Source: the human T2T-CHM13v2.0 reference genome, Homo sapiens. Taken from it: a DNA stretch of 64,000 nt. The notes beneath the pieces are model-generated. The model did no database searches. It was not told the DNA's origin and saw only the letters and a list, made by a program, of their open reading frames with translations. The stretch lies in the NCBI RefSeq assembly GCF_009914755.1, contig NC_060925.1, one strand, 5' to 3'. This document shows, piece by piece, positions 11,190 to 25,082 of this stretch (within the stretch, counting starts at the first letter, position 1; each line of letters starts with the position of its first letter). Position numbers and translations under genes: made by a program.

Positions 11190-13566
11190 GGGAGTGGGGA
11201 GAGCAACATGGCTTAATAGAATCCTCCAGTGATCGCCCCTCTCCCACAGGAGCACCAAATTGAATAACTATCCACGCAAGAAAGCACCTTCATAAGAACC
11301 AAAGATCAAATGAGCAATCACAGTACCTAGTTTTAACATCATATTAGGGAAAGAGGCACTGAAGAGGGTAAGAAAGACATTCTTGCATTGCAATCACCAC
11401 CTTCGCCAGCCCCCCAGCAGTGCTTGGAGAGAGAATCTGTATGCATGGGGGAGGGAAAGTGAAGTGACTGTGGGACTTTGCGTAGGAATTCAATGCTGCC
11501 CTGTCACAGCGGAACACAACACAGGGCAGTACTTGACCAGTGCCCTTGGAGGGAACAGCCAGACTAGCCCTAGCCAGAGGGAAATCCTCCATTGCAGCAG
11601 TAGGAATCTCAGTTCCAGCTAGCTCCACTACTTTGTTCAAGACCCCAGGGCTCCTCCGACTAAAGTGCCCTGGGGTCCTGAATGAATTTGAACGGCAAAA
11701 CGGCCTTGGACAAGTCCTGGTGCTATGCTGGGCTTGGAGCCAGTGGACTTGGGGTGCACGTGAGACACCAGCTGTGGTGGCCAAGGGAGTGCTTGTATCA
11801 CCCCTCCCCCAACTCCAAGCAGTGCTTCTCGGGGAGAGACTCTTTCCACTTGGGGAAAGGGAAGGGAAGAGTACAGAGGACTTGGTCATGAAAGTTGAGT
11901 ACCAGCTCAGCCACAGTAAATAAAATGTCAAGCAGATTCATGAAGCCTCTGCATCCAGGCCCTAGCTCCTGGATGGCATTTGTATACTCATCCTGGGTCA
12001 GAAGGGAACCCACTGTCCTGAAGGGAAGGACCCAGTCTTGGTCCTGATTCCTGATACCCCATCTGCTGACTAAAGATCTCTTCATCCTTGAATAATCATT
12101 CATGGTAGCCAGGCAGTAGCCACCACAAGCCTTGGGCAAGGCCCAATAATGTGCTGGCTTCAGATGTGAACCAGTCCAGTCCCAGCTGTGGTGGCCACAA
12201 GAGTGCTTTCACCACTCCTCCCCCATTTCCAAGCAGTCTTCTGCAAAGAGAGACTCCTTCTGCTTGGGGGAAAGTGAGGGAAAAAAATGAGACACTCTGC
12301 CTGGTAATCCAGGGAATTCTCCCAGATCTTACCCAAGCCAACCACAGCAGTACTTCTGCAAGTCTGTGAGAGTTGTGGCTTTGCTAGGATTGTGGCACTT
12401 CTGTGTGTAGACATGACTGTAGTGACCAAGGAGTTATAATAGATTATAACACTGAATTCCCTTTGAATACCTGAAACGCCTTCTCAAGAAGGATGGGTAC
12501 AAACAAGCACAGAATGTGAAGATTAGAATGAATGCCTAACTCTTCAATGTCCAGACATTGAAGAACATCCACAAGCACCAAGAACATCCAGGAAAACATG
12601 ATCTCATCAAACAAACTAAATAAGGAACCAGTGACCAATCCCAAGTGACAAAAATATATGAACTTTCAGACAGAGAATTTAAAACAGCTGTTTTGAGGTA
12701 GCTCAATGAACTTCGAGATAATGTAGAAAAAGAGTTCAGAAACCTATCAGAGAAATTTAACAAAGAGATTAAAATTGTTTTAAATCAAAAAGAAATTCTG
12801 GAACTGAAAACAACTGACAAACTGAAAAACTGCATCAGAGTCTCTCAACAGCAGAATTGATCAAGTGGAAGAAATAATTAGTGAGCTTGAAGACAGTCTC
12901 TGTGAAAACACACAGTCAAAGAAGAAAAAAGAATAAAAAAGGATGAAGCACACCTTTGTGCTTGCATCGTAAGCACAAAGCACCTACCTACGAGATCTAG
13001 AAAACAGCTTCAAAAGGGCAGATCTAAGAGTTATTGGCCTTAAAGAAGAGGTAGAGCAAGAGATCAGGGTAGAAAGTTTATTCAAGGAAGTAATAACAGA
13101 GAACTTTCCAAACCTAGAGAAAGATAATCAACATTCAGCTATAAGAAGGTCAGTCATAGAACATCAAGTAGATTTAAGCGAAATAAGACTGCCTCAAGGT
13201 ACTTAACTGAACTCCCAAAGATCAAAGATAAAGAAAGGATTCTAAAAGCATTCTAAAAGAGGAAAGAAACATGTAATATATAAAGAAGCTCCAACACATC
13301 TGGCAGCAGACTTCTCAGTGGCAACTTTACAGGCTAGGAGAGAGTTGCATGACATATTCAAATTGCTGAATGAAAAACTTTTATCCTAGAATATTATGTC
13401 CACAAAAAATATTCTTCAAACATGAAGGAGAAAGAAAGACTTTCCCAGACAAACAAAAGCTAAGGGATTTCATCAACTCTAGAACTGTCTTACAGGAAAT
13501 GTTAAAGGAAGTTCTTCAGTCTGAAAGAAAAGGACATTAATGGGCAATAAAAAATCATCTGAAGGT

Positions 13567-13876
<310 letters not shown>

Positions 13877-14292
13877 TCATCTTAAGTTAAAAAACTCACT
13901 GGTAACAGGAAGTACACAGACAAATTCAGAATATGCTAACACTGTAATTGTGGTATGCTAACCACTCATATCCTGATTAAGAAGACTAAAAGACAACCCT
14001 ATCAAAAACAATAACTACAACTTTTAAGAGATAGATAGTATAAAAAGATACAAATAGAAACAACAAAAATTTAAAGTGAGGGGATGGGGTCAAAGTGTAG
14101 AAGTTTTTAAATAGTTTCCTCTTTCCTTGTTTTTATGATCAGAGTTAAGTTTTCCTCAGTTTAAAATAATTTGTTATAACATATTATTTGCAAGTCTCAT
14201 GGTAATCTCAAAGCAAAAAGCCTACAGCAGATAAACAAAAAATAAAAAGCAAGAAATTAAAACATACTAACAGAGAAAGACACTTTTACCCA

Positions 14293-14383
14293 AAGAAAGA
14301 TGAAAGGAAAGAGAAAGGAAGGAAGAAAGGAAAGAAGGAAGGGAAGGGAAGGAAAGGGAAGGGGAGGGGAGGGGAGGGGAGGA
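14293..14383 (+). repeat. polypurine microsatellite grading GAAA > GGAA > GGGAA > GGGGA
   Basis: Read directly; lies in the L1 inter-ORF region. Confidence 0.85.
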
Positions 14384-17300
14384 CAATCAGAAAAAAAAAC
14401 AAAATGGTAGTAACAAATTCTTGCCTATCAATAATAAAATTGAATGTAAATGGGCTAAACTCTTTAATCAAAAGACAAAGAGTGGCTAAATGGATTAAAA
14501 AAATAAGACCCAACTATATGCTACCTACAAGAAATTCATTTTACCTATAAAAACATACACAGACTGAAAATAAAGTAATGGGAAAAGATATTCCATGTGA
14601 ATGGAAACCAAAAAAGAGCAGAAGTAACTACACTTATATCAAATAAAATGGACTTCAAGACAAAAAGTATGAAAAGAGACAGAAAACATTATTACATAAT
14701 AATAAAAGGGTCAATTCAGAAAGAGGATATAACAATTGTTAGTATATGTGTACCCAACACTGGAGCACCCAGATATATAAAGCAAATATTATGAGAGTTA
14801 AGGAAAGAGATAGGCCCCAATACAATAATAGTTGGGGACCTCAATATCCTCCTTTCAGCATTGGACAAATATCATCCAAATAGAAAATCAACAAAGAAAC
14901 ATCAGACTTAATCTGTGCTATAGACCCAATGGACGTAATAGATATTTTCAGAATATCCAACATCTGCAGAACACATATTCTTCTGCTCAGCACATTGATC
15001 ACTTTCAAGCACAGACCATATGTTAGGCCACAAAACAAGTCTTAAATTAAAAAAAATAAAAGAAATAATATCAAGTGTCTTCTGTGACTACAATGGAACA
15101 AAACTGGAAATCAATAACAAGAGGAATTTTGGAAACTATACAAACACATGGAAATTAAACAACATGCTCCTGAATGACCAGTGGGCCAATGAAGAAATTA
15201 AGAAGGAAACAGAAAATGTATTAAAACAAATGATAATGGAAACACAACATACCAAAACCAACAGGATATAATGAAAGCAGCACTAAGAGGGAAATTTATA
15301 GCTATAAGTGCCTATGCCAAAAAAGAAGAAAAGCTTCAAATAAATAACCTAAGGATACATCTTAGAGAACTAGAAAAGCAAGAGCAAACCAAACCCAAAA
15401 TTCGTAGAAGAAAAGACATAATAAAATCAGAGAGAGATAAATGTGATTAACCTCCCCAAAAATACAAAAGATCAATGAAATGAAAAGTTGTTTTTTAAAA
15501 AAGATAAACAAAATTGACAAACCTTTAGCCAGACTAAGAGAAAAAGAGAAGATTTAAATAAATAAAATCAGGGGTGAAAAAGGAGACAACTGATATCACA
15601 GAAATTCAGAGGATCATTAGAGACTACTATGAACAACTATATGCCAATAAATTGGAAAGCCTAGAAGAAACACATAAATTCCTAGACACATATCACCTAC
15701 CAAGATTTAACCATGAAGAAATCCAAAACATAAATGCCCAGTAACAGGTAACAAGATAGACGCTATAATAAAAAATCTCCCATCAAAGCTCAGGACCCAA
15801 TGACTTCACTACTGAAATCTACCAAACATTTAAAGAACTAATCCAATTCTATTCAAACTATATCAAAAAATTGAGGAGGAGAGAATACTCCCAAATTCAT
15901 TTGAAGAGGCAAGTATTACCCTGATAGCAAAATCAGACAGACACAACAACAACCAAAAAACTCCAAGCCAATATCTCTGATTAACTTAGATGCAAAAATC
16001 CTTAACAAAGTACTAGCAAACTCAATTCAAAAACACATTGAAATGATTATTCAGCATGATGAAGTGAAATTATTTCAGGGTGTAAGGATGGTTTAACATA
16101 TGCAAATTAACCAATGTGATACCTTGATATTTCATAGGAACAGAATGAAGAGCAAAAATCATATGATCATTTTAGTTGATGATGAAAAAGCATTCAACAA
16201 AATTCAACATTCCTCTATGAGGAATAAAACAAAAACTGGATATAGAAGGAACATACCTCAACATGAAAACAACTGTATACAACAGACTCACAGCTAGTAT
16301 CCTACTGAATGGGGAAAAACTGAAAGCCTTTCCTCTAAGACCCGAAACAAGACAAGGATGCCCATTTTGACCACTGTTATTCAACATAGTACTGGAAGTC
16401 CTAGCTAGAGCTATTAGACAAGAAAAATTTAAAAAGGGCATACAAATTGGAATGGAAGAAGTCAAATTATCCTTGTTTGCAGACAATATAATCTTATATT
16501 TATAGAAACCTAAAGATTATATCAAAAATCTATTAGAACTGGTAAATAAATTCATTAAAGTTGCAGGATACAAAATCAGCATACAAAAATCAGTAGCATT
16601 ACTATATGCCAGCAGCAAACAATTTGAAAAAGAAATCATGAAATAATCCCATTTACAATAGCTAAATAGCTACAAATAAAATAAAATATCTAGGAACTAA
16701 CTTGACCAAAGAAGTGAAAGATATTGATAATGAAAACTATAAAACATTGATGCAAGAAATTTAAGAGGACACAAAAACATGAAAAGATATTCCATTTACA
16801 TGGATTAGAAGAATCAATATTGTTAAAATGTTCATACTATTCAAAGCAATCTATGGGTTAGATGCAATTCCTGTCAAAATACCAATGACATTCCTCACAG
16901 AAATAGAAAAAAAAAATCCTAAGATTTATGTGGAACCACAAAAGACCTAGAACAGCCAAAGCTAACCTTAGCAAAAAGAACAAAACTGGAGGAATTACAT
17001 TACCTGACTTCAAATTATATTACAAAGCCATGGCAACCAAAATAGTATGGTACTGGCATAAAAGCAGACACATAGATCAATGGAACAGAATAGAGAACCC
17101 AGAAATAAATCCACACATCTACAATGAACTCATTTTCAACAAAGGTACCAAGAAACTATAATACATTGGGAAAAGTAGTCTCTTCAATAAATGGTGCTGA
17201 GAAAGCTGGATATCCATACGCAGAAGAATGAAACTTGACCCCTATCTCTCGCACATACAAAAATAAAATCAAAATGGATTAAAGACTTAAATCGAAAACT

Positions 17301-18579
17301 ACTGAAATAAAATATCAGGGAAACTCTCTAGGACTTGGAGTGGGCAAAATCATCTTGAGTAATACCCCACAGGCACAGGCAACCAAAAAAAATGGACAAA
17401 TGGGGTCACATCAAGTTAAAAAGCTTCTGCACAGCAAAGGAAACAACCAACAAAATGAAGAGAAAACCCATGGTATGTGAGAAAATATTTGCAAACTACT
17501 CATCTGACAAGGGATTAATAACCAGAATATACAAGGAGCTCAAATAACTCAATAGGAAAAAAATCAAATAATCTGATTTTAAAATAGGCAAAAAATCTGA
17601 ATAGACATTTTACAAAAGAAGAGTTTCAAATGGTTAACAGGTATACGAAAAAGGCTCAACATCATTAATAACCAGAAAAATGCAAATCAAAACCACAATG
17701 AAATATCATCTCACCCCAGTTAAAATGGCTTTTACCCAAAAGTCAGGCAATAATGAATGCTGGAGAGCATATGAGGGCAACCCTTGTACACGGTTGGTGG
17801 GAATGCAAATTAGGGCAACCACTATGAAGAACAGTATGGAGGTTCCTCAAAAACTAACGATAGAACTACCACATGATCCAGCAATCCCACTGCTAGGTAT
17901 CTATCCAAAAGAATGGAAATCATTGTGTTGAAAAATTATCTGCACTTTCTTCTTTATTGCTGCATTACTCACAATAGCCAAGACTTGGAATTAATGTAAG
18001 TGTCCAGCAACAGATAAATGGATTAAAACAATGTGGTACATATACACAATGGAATATTATTTAGCAATAAAAAGAATGAAATCCTGTCATTTGCAACAAC
18101 ATGGATGGAACTGGAAGATATTAAGTGAAATAAGCCAGGCAGAGAAAGACAAATTTCGCATGTCCTCACTTATATATGGAAGCTAAAAAATAAAATAATT
18201 GGATTCATGGTGATAGAGAATATAATGATGGTTACCAGAGGCAGAGAACGGTACCAGGGAAGGGTAGAAAAGTGGGGATAGTCAATGGGTACAAAAATAT
18301 AGTTAGATGGTATGAATAAGTTAATATTTGATAACACAAAGGGTAACTACAGTCAATAATAATTTCTTGTCTATTTCAAAATAACTAGAAGCATGGAATT
18401 GTAATGTTTCTAACACAAAGAAATGAATGATACATGCTTGAGGTGATGGATACCCCAATTACCCTGATGTGATTATTATAAATTGCATGCCTATATCAAA
18501 ACACATGTACACCATAAATATATATACCTATTAAGTACCCATAGTAACTAAAAATAGTTTTAAAAAAAATGAAGGGGCA

Positions 18580-19155
18580 ACCTACAGAATGGGAGAAAAC
18601 ATTTGCAAACCATATATCTGATAAAAGGTTAATACCCAAAATATATAAGGAACTCATACAAATCATAACAAAAACACAAATCACCCAATTTCAAAATAGG
18701 GAAAGGACTTCAAGAGACATTTTTCCAAAGAAGAAATACATATAACGCATATTGACCAATAGATGATGGCCAATATATATCAATGCAAATGGCCAATAGA
18801 TATAAGAAAAGGTACTCAACATCGCTAATCATCAGGGAAATGCAAATCAAAGCCATGTTGAGATATTACCTCACATCTGTTAGGATGTCTCTTATCAATA
18901 AGAGTTGTCAAGGGTGTGAAGAAAAGGGAACATTTGTACACTGTGGATAAAAATGTAAATTAGTACAGCCATTATGAAAAACAATATGGAGGTTCCTCAA
19001 TAAATTAAAAATCAAATTACCGTATGATCCAGTATTTCCACTTCTGGATATTTATCCAAATGAATCAAAATCAGTACCTTGAAGAAAGATCTGCACTCCC
19101 ATGTTCATTGCAGCATTATTTACAATAGTCAAAGTATAGAAACAACCTTAGTATC
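18580..19155 (+). mobile_element. continuation of the older host L1 (ORF2 end); 3'UTR missing
   Basis: ACCTACAGAATGGGAGAAAA..GATCTGCACTCCCATGTTCATTGCAGC..AAACAACCT, then an abrupt switch to MIR. Confidence 0.85.
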
Positions 19156-19270
19156 TTATGCATTAATTCATTCAATCCTCACGTCAGCCATATGAAGTAC
19201 TATAAGTTCTATTATTAAACCCATTTTACAGATGAGAATACAGGGGCACAGGGCAGATAAGCAACTTAAC
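19156..19270 (-). mobile_element. MIR fragment
   Basis: CATTCAATCCTCAC..CCCATTTTACAGATGAGAATACAGGGGCACAG. Confidence 0.7.
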
Positions 19271-20377
19271 AGACCCAGAGCACCTTTATGGTGGTCCTTG
19301 GCTCTGAAATAAGAATTGAGATTCTAGAGCCCACAGAATGTAATCACTTCCTCTCCGGGAGCAAACACCAGGCACTATGCGAACAAAATAGGAGGGAATA
19401 GGATCCATCCCGAGTGTCAGAGAATTGCACACATTTCCTGTCTGGGTTACATATTTCAGTCTCCGTTCATGCTAATACAAAAGTAAATACTCAGATCTGA
19501 CCTTCAGTGCCTCCCCAAAAAACATCAAAGTTTGAAGCTGTGCATCAAAGCAATACAGTCCATTTTGTGTCAGCCTGCAATATTATTAGCCAGTCAGGTT
19601 TAGGGAAGCTGACAAAAAAGAAGATGTCAGGAATACTATATGTAATATAAATATAATGAAGTGCAGTTGTCAAACTTTCTTAACTAAGAAAGCATATACT
19701 TTCTTAGTTAAAAAGAAGAGCATTTCATTGGGGAAATTTCTCACAAAGCCAAGGTTTCAGCTGAAGGAAAGAGGCAAGAGTAAACACCAGAAGCCCAAGC
19801 AAAGGTGCACAGAGGCGGAGGATGAATGTTTAGTCTGTGTCTGGTTGTCTGCAAAGAACACGTGCAATCTGAAGAGATTCTAGGGGAAATTGCCAACATA
19901 AACAAGCTCTCAATGGAGGTATACATGTTATAAATTTAGAAAGCATCGGCCAGCACTCTCTTGAGTGTGGCTGCCCTTTGGTTTGCCCAAGCAGGGTACT
20001 CAAAATCCCCAGAAAGAACACACTCTCTAGTAAGCACAATAGGAGCCTGGTGCTACCCCAGGTGCTTTAAGCCTCGCAGTAACATTAGGAGGGAAAGACT
20101 TTTATCTCTTTCTACAATTGAGCAAATGAGTCTCAGAAATATGCCCAGAGTCAGGCTTGTAAGCATGTAGTCAGAATTTGAATCCACACCTGACTGCCAC
20201 TGAAGTCCTTTCCACTCTCACTTGCTAACCCTCTGAGTATTTTTAGGACTCTCATCAGACATCACATAACCTTTAGGTTGGCATTCACAAGCTCCATGAG
20301 GGCAGGGACTACACCAGTCTTGTTAATCATTTAATACCAGCTACCATTGACAGGACTTATATTGGATGCTCAATTAT

Positions 20378-21252
20378 TTTTTTGAACTTTTAATATACTT
20401 TATTTTCTAGAATCATTTTAGGTTCATCCAACAAAATTGAGTGGAAAGTGCAGAGAGTTCTTATGTATCCCCTTCCCCAACAAGTGCATAGCCTCTCCCA
20501 CTATCAATATACCATATCAGAAAGGCACATTTGTTCCAATCAATGAACTTACACTAACACATCATCATCCAAAGACCATAGCTTACATTAGGGTTCACTC
20601 TTGGTGTTGTATATTCTATGGGTTTGGACAAATGTATAATGACATGTCACCACCTTTATAGTATCAGAGTATTTTCACTGCCCTTAAAATCCTCTCTGCT
20701 CTGCAGATTCATCCCTCCCTCCCCACAACCCCTAGCAACCACTGATCCTTTTACTGTCTTCATAGTTTTGGCTTTTCCAGACTGCCATATATTTGGAATC
20801 ATACAGTAAGTAGTTTTTTCAGACTGGGCTACTTTCATTTAGTAGTATGCATTTAAGGTTCCTTCATGTCTTTTCATGGCTTGATAGCTCATTTCCTTTT
20901 AGTGCTGAATAATATCCCATTGTCAAGATGTACCACAGTTTATTTATTCATTCACCCACTGAAGGACAACTTTGTTCCTTCCAAGTCTTGGCAATATGAA
21001 TAAAACTGCCATAAACATCCACATGCAGGTTTTTGTGTGGACATAAGTTTTCATCTCCTTTGGATAAATACCAAGGAATACAATTGCTGGAACATATGAT
21101 GAGAGTCTGTTTAGTTTTTTAAGAAATTGCCAAGCTGTCTTCCAAAGTGGCTCTATCATTTTGCATTGAATAAGAGTTCCTGTTGCTCCACATCCTTGAT
21201 AGCATTCGGTTTGTCAGTGTTTTGGATTTTCATCATTCTAAATGGGGTGTAA
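20378..21252 (-). mobile_element. L1MC1/2-like 3' end, inserted into an L2 tail
   Basis: CATTAGGGTTCACTCTTGGTGTTGTATATTCTATGGGTTTGGACAAATG; ORF2 C-terminal peptide IVFLGIYPKEMKTYVHTKTC on the minus strand. Confidence 0.85.
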
Positions 21253-21749
21253 TCGACAAATATTTATTCAATAAATTAATTTTTAATCATAAATTAAAAT
21301 GAAATAAAAATTGAAATCATTAAGAATGTACAATTATAAAATCTATTATTTGCATTGTCACTTCTTAAAGACTGGAGGTAAATGGAGACCTTCCATATTC
21401 AAGCTCTAACCTATCACTTTCATGTCACCATTCACCATGCCACTGGGCAAACTGTTCAGTCTGCTCCAAGCAGTAAATCTGCTGAGTGGAGACGGGGGGG
21501 TTGGCGGGGAGGGAGAAGAGAGGAGGCGGATGATAAGAATGTACTTTGGGATCTTAGTTTAAAATCCCTCTTGTTGCTACATTTTATTCTTCTCTAGCCA
21601 CTGTATTCTGCTGCCTACATTTGAGCTCCAAATATAGTCACATCTCTTTTATTATTATAATTAATTGCTATGAAGTCTGCTACCATTATTACAAGGAAAA
21701 ACAGTAGTTCCATATTAACACATTTCTACTTAAAAGCCAATATTAAAAT

Positions 21750-23590
21750 ATGTTAAATCTATAGTAATTTAAACTGGTACACATATAAATAGAACAATGC
21801 CAAATTATGAAATAAACCCAAAAGCATGAGGAATTTACTATGATAAGTGGCATTTCAGTTGGGAAAAAAATGGATTCATGGATAAACAGAGTTAGTGTTG
21901 ATAGATTCAATTTGGGAAAAAAATAGGGATCACTACTTCATACCTTACACCAAAATGAATTATAGAATTATCGAAACTATTAATAATTTAAAAGGAAACT
22001 ATAAAAAGGCTAGAAGAAAACAATGTGATTTATTTAAACAATCTATGAGTAGGGAAGGGCTTTCAAAGAATAACACAAAATCCTAAAACTTTAAATAAGT
22101 TGATGCGTGACCACATAAAAATAAAACATTTAAAAAATAAAACATTTTAGCCATTCATAAATGGCCTAAAAATAGTCCAAAGACAAAATATTTGAAAGAT
22201 ATGTTTGTAATTCATATCACATCAGAGGGATAATTTTCCTAATACATAAATTGTGCTTAGAAACCAGTGAGAGAAAATATCACTAACCAATTTGAAAAAA
22301 GTTAAGTTATATGTACATAGTCTACAGAAAAATACAAATGGGTCTTTAAAATAAGAAATGATGTTAGGTCTCACTCATAATGAGAAAATATACTGAGATG
22401 CCACTTTGCTTTTAAAAACTGGCAATGGGGCCGGGCGCGGTAGCTCATCACGCCTGTAATCCCAGTACTTTGGGAGGCCGAGGCGGGCGGATCACGAGGT
22501 CAGGAGATCGAGACCATCCTGGCTAACACAGTGAAACCCCGTCTCTACTAAAAATACAAAAATCTAGCCAGGCACGGTGGCGGGCCCCTGTAGTCCCAGC
22601 TACTCGGAGCTTGCAGTGAGCAGAGATGGCGCGCCACTGCACTCCAGCCTGAGCGACAGAACCAGACTCCATCTCAAAAAAAAAAAAAAATCAAAAACAA
22701 AAACAAAAAACTGGCAATGATCCAAAGTTTGAAAACATACTCAGATGGCAAAGGTGTGGGAAAAAGGCATTCTTGTATATTGTTGATAGTACTTTGCTAC
22801 AAGTGCTAAATGAAACACCTATCAAAATTATACAGGTACATAGCCTATGACCTACCAATTCCACTTTCTTGTATTCCGTCAACAGATATACTTGCACGTG
22901 TGCTTGTGCATGATTTCTCGCAAGTCCCATCTACATCAGGAGGGAGTGGTTAAATAAAGCATGGTGTATTCTTTGTCATAAAAGAGGAGGACAAAGTTCT
23001 GTATGTCCTTTATCCTTATGAGGTACAATCATCAAGATATAATTTTCTATTAAAAAGTACATAGCTTTGATTGAAACAGAAACACAATAGCACATAATAT
23101 AGGACTCCTCTTACATGGCATTCAAGACCAGGAGAAACTAAAAGATAGTGATAAAAGTGAGAATAGCAATTATCTCTGGAGAGAATAGGAAGAGGCACAA
23201 GGGAGACATGGGGGTGCAGGAAATATATATCTTAATCCAGGTGGTGATCACATGGGTATATACTTGAGTAAAACGTCATCACACCATACACAAATTCTGC
23301 ACTTTACACGGCCTTTTATTTATAAAACAAATCCACAAGCAAGACACTGTACTATACATATAATATTCTATACTTTGTGCAAAAAAGAGAAAAAATATAT
23401 GTCTGTATATGTATTTGCTTATACGTGCATAGAATACCTCTAGAAGGCTACACAAGAAACTGATCACATCACAGGAGGGATTCTGGGTGACTAGGAGCAG
23501 GGGTGAGTGGGAGACTCCTTACCAGATATCTTTTGCTACTTTTGCATTTTAGACCGTGTGAATATATTACCTTATTGCAAAACATGCAAT
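21750..23590 (+). mobile_element. old L1M (L1ME-class) ORF2 end / 3'UTR fragments
   Basis: CTTCATACCTTACACCAAAATGAATT, GATAATTTTCCTAATACATAAA, TATGACCTACCAATTCCACTT. Confidence 0.6.
22429..22705 (+). mobile_element. AluY with an internal deletion in the right monomer
   Basis: GATCACGAGGTCAGGAGATCGAGACCATCCTGGCTAACAC; TSD AAAAACTGGCAATG (22414-22427, 22706-22719). Confidence 0.95.
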
Positions 23591-23779
23591 GAATAAAAAA
23601 ACACACCACCTAGAATTGTCCGAGACCTCTGGGGCTTACTCAGTCCTGACTACAAATGCCAGCCCCAGAGGAAATTAGAGGGTCTAAAGTCAGCTCTCTG
23701 CTAATGTTGCCTCTCATGCCACTATTGAAGGCTGGGCCTGTAAGATCTGACAGATACTGGTCCACCACCAGCCCAATAA

Positions 23780-24340
23780 ATTACATATATAAAATATGTC
23801 AGATCGTTATAGGCACAAGAAAAAAATAAAATAAAATACAGAGGTAAAGTATTAAGCAGGGGAATGAGTGGGAGAATAAGGGAGTCCCGGCTATTCTAGG
23901 TGGGCGGTTTATGGAAGGCCTTGCTGATGAGGTATCATCTGACATCTAAATGTAGCAAGGAGACAAGCATTGTAAATATCTGGAGATAGAGCAGTTGAGG
24001 CAGAGAAGACAGCAGATGTAAAAGCCCTGAGGTCAGAGTATGCCTGCCATGGCTGAGAAACAGCTAGGATGCCAGTGTGGGTGAAGTAGAGAGAACCAAG
24101 TAGAGAACAGGAGAGATAAGGAGTGAGAGGTAAGCAGAGGCTAAGATCACAAAGGGCCTTGGAAGCCACATAAAGACTTAGATATTTACTCTGGGCAAGA
24201 TGGGAAACCAGTGGAATATTTCAGCAGGGAGAATCAAGAGATTTTTTTTGGACCTAGTTAATGGAGATACTAGGTGGGATATACAAGTCTGGGCGTTAGG
24301 AAAGAGATACCGGCTGGAGATATAAACCTAGAAGTCATCA
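23780..24340 (-). mobile_element. L2 fragment
   Basis: GGAAGGCCTTGCTGATGAGGT..AAAGCCCTGAGGTCAGAG..GGCTGGAGATATAAACCTAGAAGTCATCAG. Confidence 0.75.
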
Positions 24341-25082
24341 GATTTCTCTTCCCTCCAAATGAATTACTCTTTGGGGTCATTGGGTTTTTGGGGGGCCCTT
24401 TCTTGCCAGCACATCTTGCTCCAATCCAATCCACTCAGCGAGGTTCCCTAACTTCACATCATAGGAAGTAGATGTTTGGATATCTATTTCTCTATCTCAG
24501 AAGGCAAACTCCTCTATCACCACCACTCCATGTATCAAAGACTAAGGAGCACAGCCTTTGAAAAATCACACACATGCGCCCAATGTACACAAATCCAGCT
24601 ACACTCTTCTTCTAGAATCATAGATGCATATTTACTTGGTTTTTTTATTTCCTTAACCAGGAGGGCCCACTTAACTAAATCTCCTCTGAACTAAAAAGGG
24701 CTCCTTTGTCCACTGAAACATAGCTTTACAGACAGGTTAATGTCACTTAAAGTTTTTATTTATGCCTTACTAAGGCTTTCATGACATTTCTATAAGTTTT
24801 CACCAACTTTTGTAAGTCTTTTGAACATTTTTCCATCATTGTCTATTTCTCCTTAACTAACATCTAAATTATCCATTTGCTCCTCTTTAAAATATATATG
24901 CCATCCAACCTTTATGGAACTGAAATCAAGGCACAAGGCTTGTTTATCAACTGAATGACTATGAGAAAGTCACTTCATTTCTGTAAGCCTAAGTCTCCTT
25001 ATTTGATACTTCATTATTGTCTTTAAGATGTGAGTGACTTATATTTTTGTTTATATGTTTCTATAGATTTTTACCAAATTGA

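Noticed and set aside
11344-11931. 195-aa minus-strand ORF and overlapping ORFs
   Set aside because: Lie in the GC-rich L1MA 5'UTR; no recognisable domain; stop-poor by composition.
11768-12285. ~100-bp direct repeat (CCAGCTGTGGTGGCCA..) with ~414-bp spacing
   Set aside because: Internal repeats are expected in L1M 5'UTRs; diverged and probably part of the consensus.
14597-17931. Reverse-transcriptase/endonuclease-like peptides
   Set aside because: Fragments of a dead L1 ORF2 with many stops and frameshifts; not a functional CDS.
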